Shown: positions 33,712 to 38,179 of the stretch, piece by piece
How the letters are laid out: every line of letters starts with the position of its first letter
Numbering within the stretch: position 1 is the first letter of the stretch
Assembly (NCBI GenBank): GCA_020536535.1
Contig: JAHLWZ010000958.1
Coordinates: forward strand, 1-38,179
Length of the DNA: 38,179 nucleotides
Direction of reading: 5' to 3'
Origin: Pelomyxa schiedti
Taxonomy: Eukaryota; Protista; Evosea
Translations under genes and position numbers: made by a program
The notes under the pieces: generated by a model
The model's input: the letters and a program-made list of their open reading frames with translations, nothing else
Told to the model about the DNA's origin: nothing
Databases searched by the model: none

Positions 33712-35863
33712 TTATAGTTTTCTAGGTGACACTGGTGGGGGATTCACAAAATCTGGTCTAGGTGGTATGATAGATGATGACAAAAGGGAATTTATAATGG
33801 AATTAGGTGGGGATGTTGAGAAACCAGTGGGTCCTGGTGGTGGACTGGGCACCTTAGACAGAGGGGGTGTAACAAGTCCAGTCCCAGTGGAGGTTACAGT
33901 TCCGGTTCCGGTTCCAGAAACTGTAGCGGTACTGGTCCCGCTTGTGGGTGCCTGGGCGGTGTTTGAGGCGTGGGGGTGTGTTTTTGATCCTATTTTGGTA
34001 TGAAGTACTGGGAGTAAAGCTAGTATCTTATCTAGTAAACCCAGAATGCATCTGAGTGCCTGAGAAGAAAAAGGGTTTGTATCGGCCACCGGGAAGAACA
34101 AGTATACCATTGTCCATTTTTCTTCTGTATTGCCTTGTATGCGAATAGAAACGGGAGGTGAACCAGCTTTCCATTGAATCTTGTCACCTTCTATCCTAAA
34201 GAAAGTTATTAGTACAAGCCACGTACTGTAAATTACTTGGCTAAGACATAGTAAAACGATTCTTCATGTAAGGCACAGAAGCTCCAAAACTCCCTCAGGC
34301 AAAACAGATAGGCCTCCATGGCTTCATCAAACACTGAGGGATGTGAACTACCGGTACCACCTCCACCCCATGTCCACAGTGACTGATAGTTTGTAAATAA
34401 AGAAGCCAAAAAAAAATACTTGTCTCACAGTTATGCCACCCTTTGCAAACTTGCATTCATCAGTCCCATACCTGAAATACATTATCATTAGATAAAAATG
34501 ACAGAACCAGTACAATACAATGGAAGACGTGAAGTTAAGAGTCCTTTCTGCTGAGCGGCTAGAAGAGGTTGTTGTTCTCGTGGCTTTATTGTAGACCGAT
34601 TACCAAAAGGTGCCAGATGGTATCTACCTGTGTTGTAAGGTGGATCCATGGAAATTAAAGCAATTTCTTTTTGGATGATACTTGGTGAATTTGAATCGGA
34701 CACTGTGGCACATTAAATAGGTTAGTAGCGTGACCTCCCCCCAAGCATTATTGATTTCATCCCACGGCACCTGCAGGCTGTGAGGCGAGAATTGGAGCCA
34801 CACAGGTTACGGGACGGGATATCTAACTGGAACTGTTGGAAGCCGCCCAAATCGCAGGCCGTTTATGGTTGCTATTCCTTGGTGTGCCGATATCACAAAT
34901 AATTCTGAGTAAACTCCAGCTAAAGCTCGTGAGGAGGAGATCGATTGTGGGGGGAATCCTTGAGGTGGTGGAACGGTAGTTGAGGCGAAGAGGGACGAGG
35001 GAGGCGGTGCCGAATTTGTGGGTCCCGTCGAGGACTGGTTGAAAGAAGTACTGAGAAGTTGAGCATGAGAACGCAGGGCAATGTTTGTGCTTGACAGGTT
35101 TTCAATGTTTTCTTGTAGTCCAAACAGTTGATCCCAAAAACTAGTGTATTCATCCCAGTGCCTTTTTAATCATGAGCAGATTTCAGTAATCGGAAGGGGG
35201 ATCACTATACATTTGCTCCAAGGCATCGAGATTCCTTTCTCTTTGGGTTGCTTTGTCATCTTCAGTCGTGAGTTGAGTTATTTGTTCGTTAACAGCTGCT
35301 AATTGTTGTCGTAGTCTCGCCTCTCTCACTTCCAACTGCTTGTCAACATCGTCGTCACTGACGCTTCGAGTTTCATATGCCGTGGACAATCCTTCAATGC
35401 ACTTTGCATAAACTGAAGCCGTGGCATCCTCCTGGTCTCGAAGTTCCTGGATTCTGACAGGAAAATATTGGGAGAGGAAAAAGCCAGGATGAATTACCGC
35501 ACAATGGCAATTAGAATATTCATACATACGCCGCATTTTACAAGTTTATCCATTTTTTTTTTTTTAATTTGACTTTTTTTTTCTACTACCTGCTAAGTAT
35601 TTTCCTATGGCAGCTCCCGCATACAACGACGTTGTCAGCCAACGTTCTACCACGCCTCGTGCCACATAAATCAAACAACCTCGCCGTCGTACTAGCATCC
35701 GAATACTTTCTTCATATGCAAAACCATTAGACCCAAACGCCGACGTGTCAATCAAAAAAAAAAAAAAAAAAAAAGGGAAAATGTGTTGATACAATTCATG
35801 ATCTGCCTGCACATAATAAAACGCGTTGTCGAGCACGTGATGACACTCCGCGCACCGCTGCAT
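33712..35863 (-). CDS. BECN1: Beclin-1/Atg6/Vps30 (class III PI3K subunit)
   Basis: N-terminal QRCAECHHVL, a coiled-coil, GIATINGLRFGRLPTVP|VPWDEINNAWGE, YHLAPFGNRS and NTEEKWTM|ALRCIL (BARA domain), then an S/T/P-rich tail. Confidence 0.92.
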
Positions 35864-36122
35864 CTTCTCACTTCGCACCGATCAATTTTGCTAGTGTTTA
35901 TCCAATCTCTCCCCTCCACTTTCAGCTTGCTTTCTCCCAAGCAATGTCCATTGGCGGCTGGCGTCCAGGTGTGTTCCTCCCTCGTTGGCACCTCTCCGAG
36001 GCATCTGAATCTGGCTCTCCTACAAGGGGCCACCATTCGACGAACCACCTCCTAAGAAGGACGAACAATCAGAAAGAAACAAAAAACCTACGGTCGTAGT
36101 TTTTCCTTCTACTACTACTAGG

Positions 36123-37566
36123 ATGTGGGCGAGGGTTGTTGTGGCCGTGGCGTGTTGGGCCGCGTTGGTCGTATCTCTTCATTTCGATGACGCAACTAGG
36201 ACCTTCAAAGTGGTCCAATTCACAGGTTCGTTGCGGCAGGGTTTGGGGTTTTCTTGGGATTGCCAATTGGCGGGCCTTGGGTTGCGTGAATTCATGCGAA
36301 TTGCGGGACTAATGGGATGTCTCTAATTACGCAGATTTGCACTTTTACAATGATTTCGACGATGCCCTCACCCTTGAGGTTCAAAAAATTGTTTTGGGTT
36401 TGTGACCTCAATATCATTAAATTTTGGAACTGTGGGGACTTATCTGTATTCATATTCACAATTCCAAAATAAAATGCAGATGCTGAAGCTCCTGTGGGGT
36501 TAGTGGCCCTATCTGGGGACATTCTTGCTGGAAGCAGTATAAACAACAATACATATGGAAGAAACCATGCCACAGCGGAATGGGAGAAAATGGCCCAGCC
36601 GATGATTGATAGAGGCCTTAATTGGGCTATTACGTACTAAGCAAACTGTTGTCTTGGGCAATCTAAAGGTTCTGTAGATTTGGAAATCATGATGATGATG
36701 GCCCCTTAACCAGAGAACAAATGATGGATATAGATACCTCCCTGCAGGGAAGTTTGTCCCAATTTGGTCCCAATGGTATGTATTGCAATCTTGATAACAC
36801 AAAAACCCTGACATGGCACATTAGACTTACCTGGGGTGAGTAATTACTGGTTGCCAGTGTACAAAGACTCCACAGAGAAAGAAATATCTGCTGTAATGTA
36901 TTTCTTGGCTGTATCTGATGGCGGGTGTGAAAATGTGACAACTGGCGATGGTTGTATTAATACTGATCAAGTAAGTAAAACCAAACATTTTAAGCCTTAC
37001 ACTGTATGAAGATAAACTGGTACAAGTCTATCTCCAAGCAATTACGGGGCAATGGATGGCCAATTTTTTCACTAATGTTCATTCACATTCCTACACCTGA
37101 ATTTATGGATGCATGGAATACAGAAATATGTTATGGAACCAAGAATGAAGATGTCTGCTGCCCTAGTGTAAACTTTTTCCACCTTCTATTATAAATAAAA
37201 ATGTAACCACTACAAACAAGGAAATAACCACAACACACTACCAATGAACAGTATAACACTGGACTATATGATGCCCTTGTTGAAATGGGAGATGTAAAAG
37301 TTCTAGCTGTGGGACATGACCATTCCAATGATTACTGTTGTGCCTATGCAAGCAGTCCTGATATGAACCTTTGTTATGGAAGGAAATCAGGCTTTGGCTA
37401 CTACAACCCACCATTTCCTGAGCAGCATGGCGGCCGTGTATTTGAGATGGAAGTTGATACTACAGGTGCAGTGAACTATGCTACATGGATAAGAGATGAC
37501 CTAAGTGAAAAGAAAGTTCAAGAAGCACACTTTCCAGAAGGTCCTGGCCAAACGGTTTGTGTATAG
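36123..37566 (+). CDS. Secreted calcineurin-like metallophosphoesterase (Dcr2/PAP28-29 type)
   Basis: Signal-peptide-like N-terminus, FKVVQFT|DLHF, LSGDI, GNHD, MFIHIP, GHDHSNDY, LCYGRKSGFG, GGRVFE. Confidence 0.93.
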
Positions 37567-37896
37567 GGGAAATACAATAGTTGCCCTGTTTTACTTTGTT
37601 TTGTTTATAAATTGGATGTGGTAATAGGTGGGGGTATGGCAGTGGACAAAGGGAGAGGAAGAAAAGAAAAGAGAAAATAAGAAAAAGAGGCAACCACCCA
37701 AAAGTGAGGGAGCACAGCGACCACACTTTTGGGTGGGGAAGAACGTACTAGGAAGGGATAACAACAGGGGACACTAAACGGCGAGACAACAGTAGGTATA
37801 AGTACATGTGAGGAGCCTAAGAACCAGTGCACACGGAAATAAAACAGACAGAAAAAACATGAAGCAGAGCAAGAACCTGCCAACAGTGCTACTGAA

Positions 37897-37969
37897 GGCT
37901 CCATGGCTTAGTTGGCAAAGCGTCGCTCTTGTAAAGCGAAGATCGCGGGTTCGATTCCCACTGGAGCCT
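37897..37969 (+). tRNA. trnT: tRNA-Thr (anticodon UGU)
   Basis: Cloverleaf: acceptor stem GGCTCCA/TGGAGCC, anticodon arm TCGCT-CTTGTAA-AGCGA, T loop TTCGATT; 73 nt. Confidence 0.95.
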
Positions 37970-38070
37970 TGTTTTCTAGTGAGGTTTTTTCTATACGGGA
38001 GAATTTTTTTTTTAGTTTTTTATTTGTAAGGTGAAATAACGAGAGGGTTATCCACAAGGCAGACCTGTAA

Positions 38071-38142
38071 GGTTCAGTTGTATAGCGGTAATACGCTCGT
38101 CTCACACACGAGAGATCCTGGGATCGACACCCAGCTGAACCA
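38071..38142 (+). tRNA. trnV: tRNA-Val (anticodon CAC)
   Basis: Acceptor stem GGTTCAG/CTGAACC plus A73, anticodon arm CTCGT-CTCACAC-ACGAG, T arm CTGGG-ATCGACA-CCCAG, followed by a TTTTT Pol III terminator. Confidence 0.93.
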
Positions 38143-38179
38143 ACTTTTTGTTGCTGCTTCACAGTAAGAATGGAAAAGA

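Noticed and set aside
36825-36840. U1 snRNA-like ACTTACCTGG
   Set aside because: It lies in a coding exon of the metallophosphoesterase (DLPGVSNY), with no U1 structure around it.
5959-38142. CCA-adding enzyme and tRNA genes in the same window as a functional cluster
   Set aside because: They are about 30 kb and many genes apart. tRNA genes are dispersed, so coincidence is sufficient.
1-38179. CRISPR arrays, rRNA genes, intact transposons or prokaryotic operons
   Set aside because: No regularly spaced repeat-spacer array, rRNA-like sequence, RT, integrase or transposase ORF, or polycistronic layout was seen.

Overview
Gene-dense, intron-rich eukaryotic DNA with mostly 40-70 nt GT-AG introns, very short intergenic gaps and GC/CpG-rich gene 5' ends. 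I infer a protist, most likely an amoebozoan. The intronless 'R[DA]QLGALA' gene family recalls Pelomyxa-type archamoebae, but this comes from memory, not a search. All gene models were spliced by eye, so exon boundaries are provisional. In order, the window contains: an A20-zinc-finger/macrodomain protein, RPS13, EAF6, a histidine phosphatase, the CCA-adding enzyme, an LRR/coiled-coil protein, a CAP_C(CARP)-polyPro-sirtuin fusion whose sirtuin lacks the Zn ribbon, two tandem intronless paralogs of an unknown family, a divergent Rab, an unknown protein with a C-terminal Hint/Vint autoprocessing domain, a PAF15/PCLAF-like PIP-box protein head-to-head with an AAG/MPG-like glycosylase homolog, a long coiled-coil protein, NOC4, a LAMMER (CLK) kinase with an adjacent N-lobe-only partial duplicate, Beclin-1/ATG6, a Dcr2/PAP-type metallophosphoesterase, tRNA-Thr(UGU) and tRNA-Val(CAC). 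The strongest novelty candidates are the putative actin-linked Zn-less sirtuin, the non-VWA Hint/Vint protein, the A20-macro fusion and the half-kinase beside CLK.
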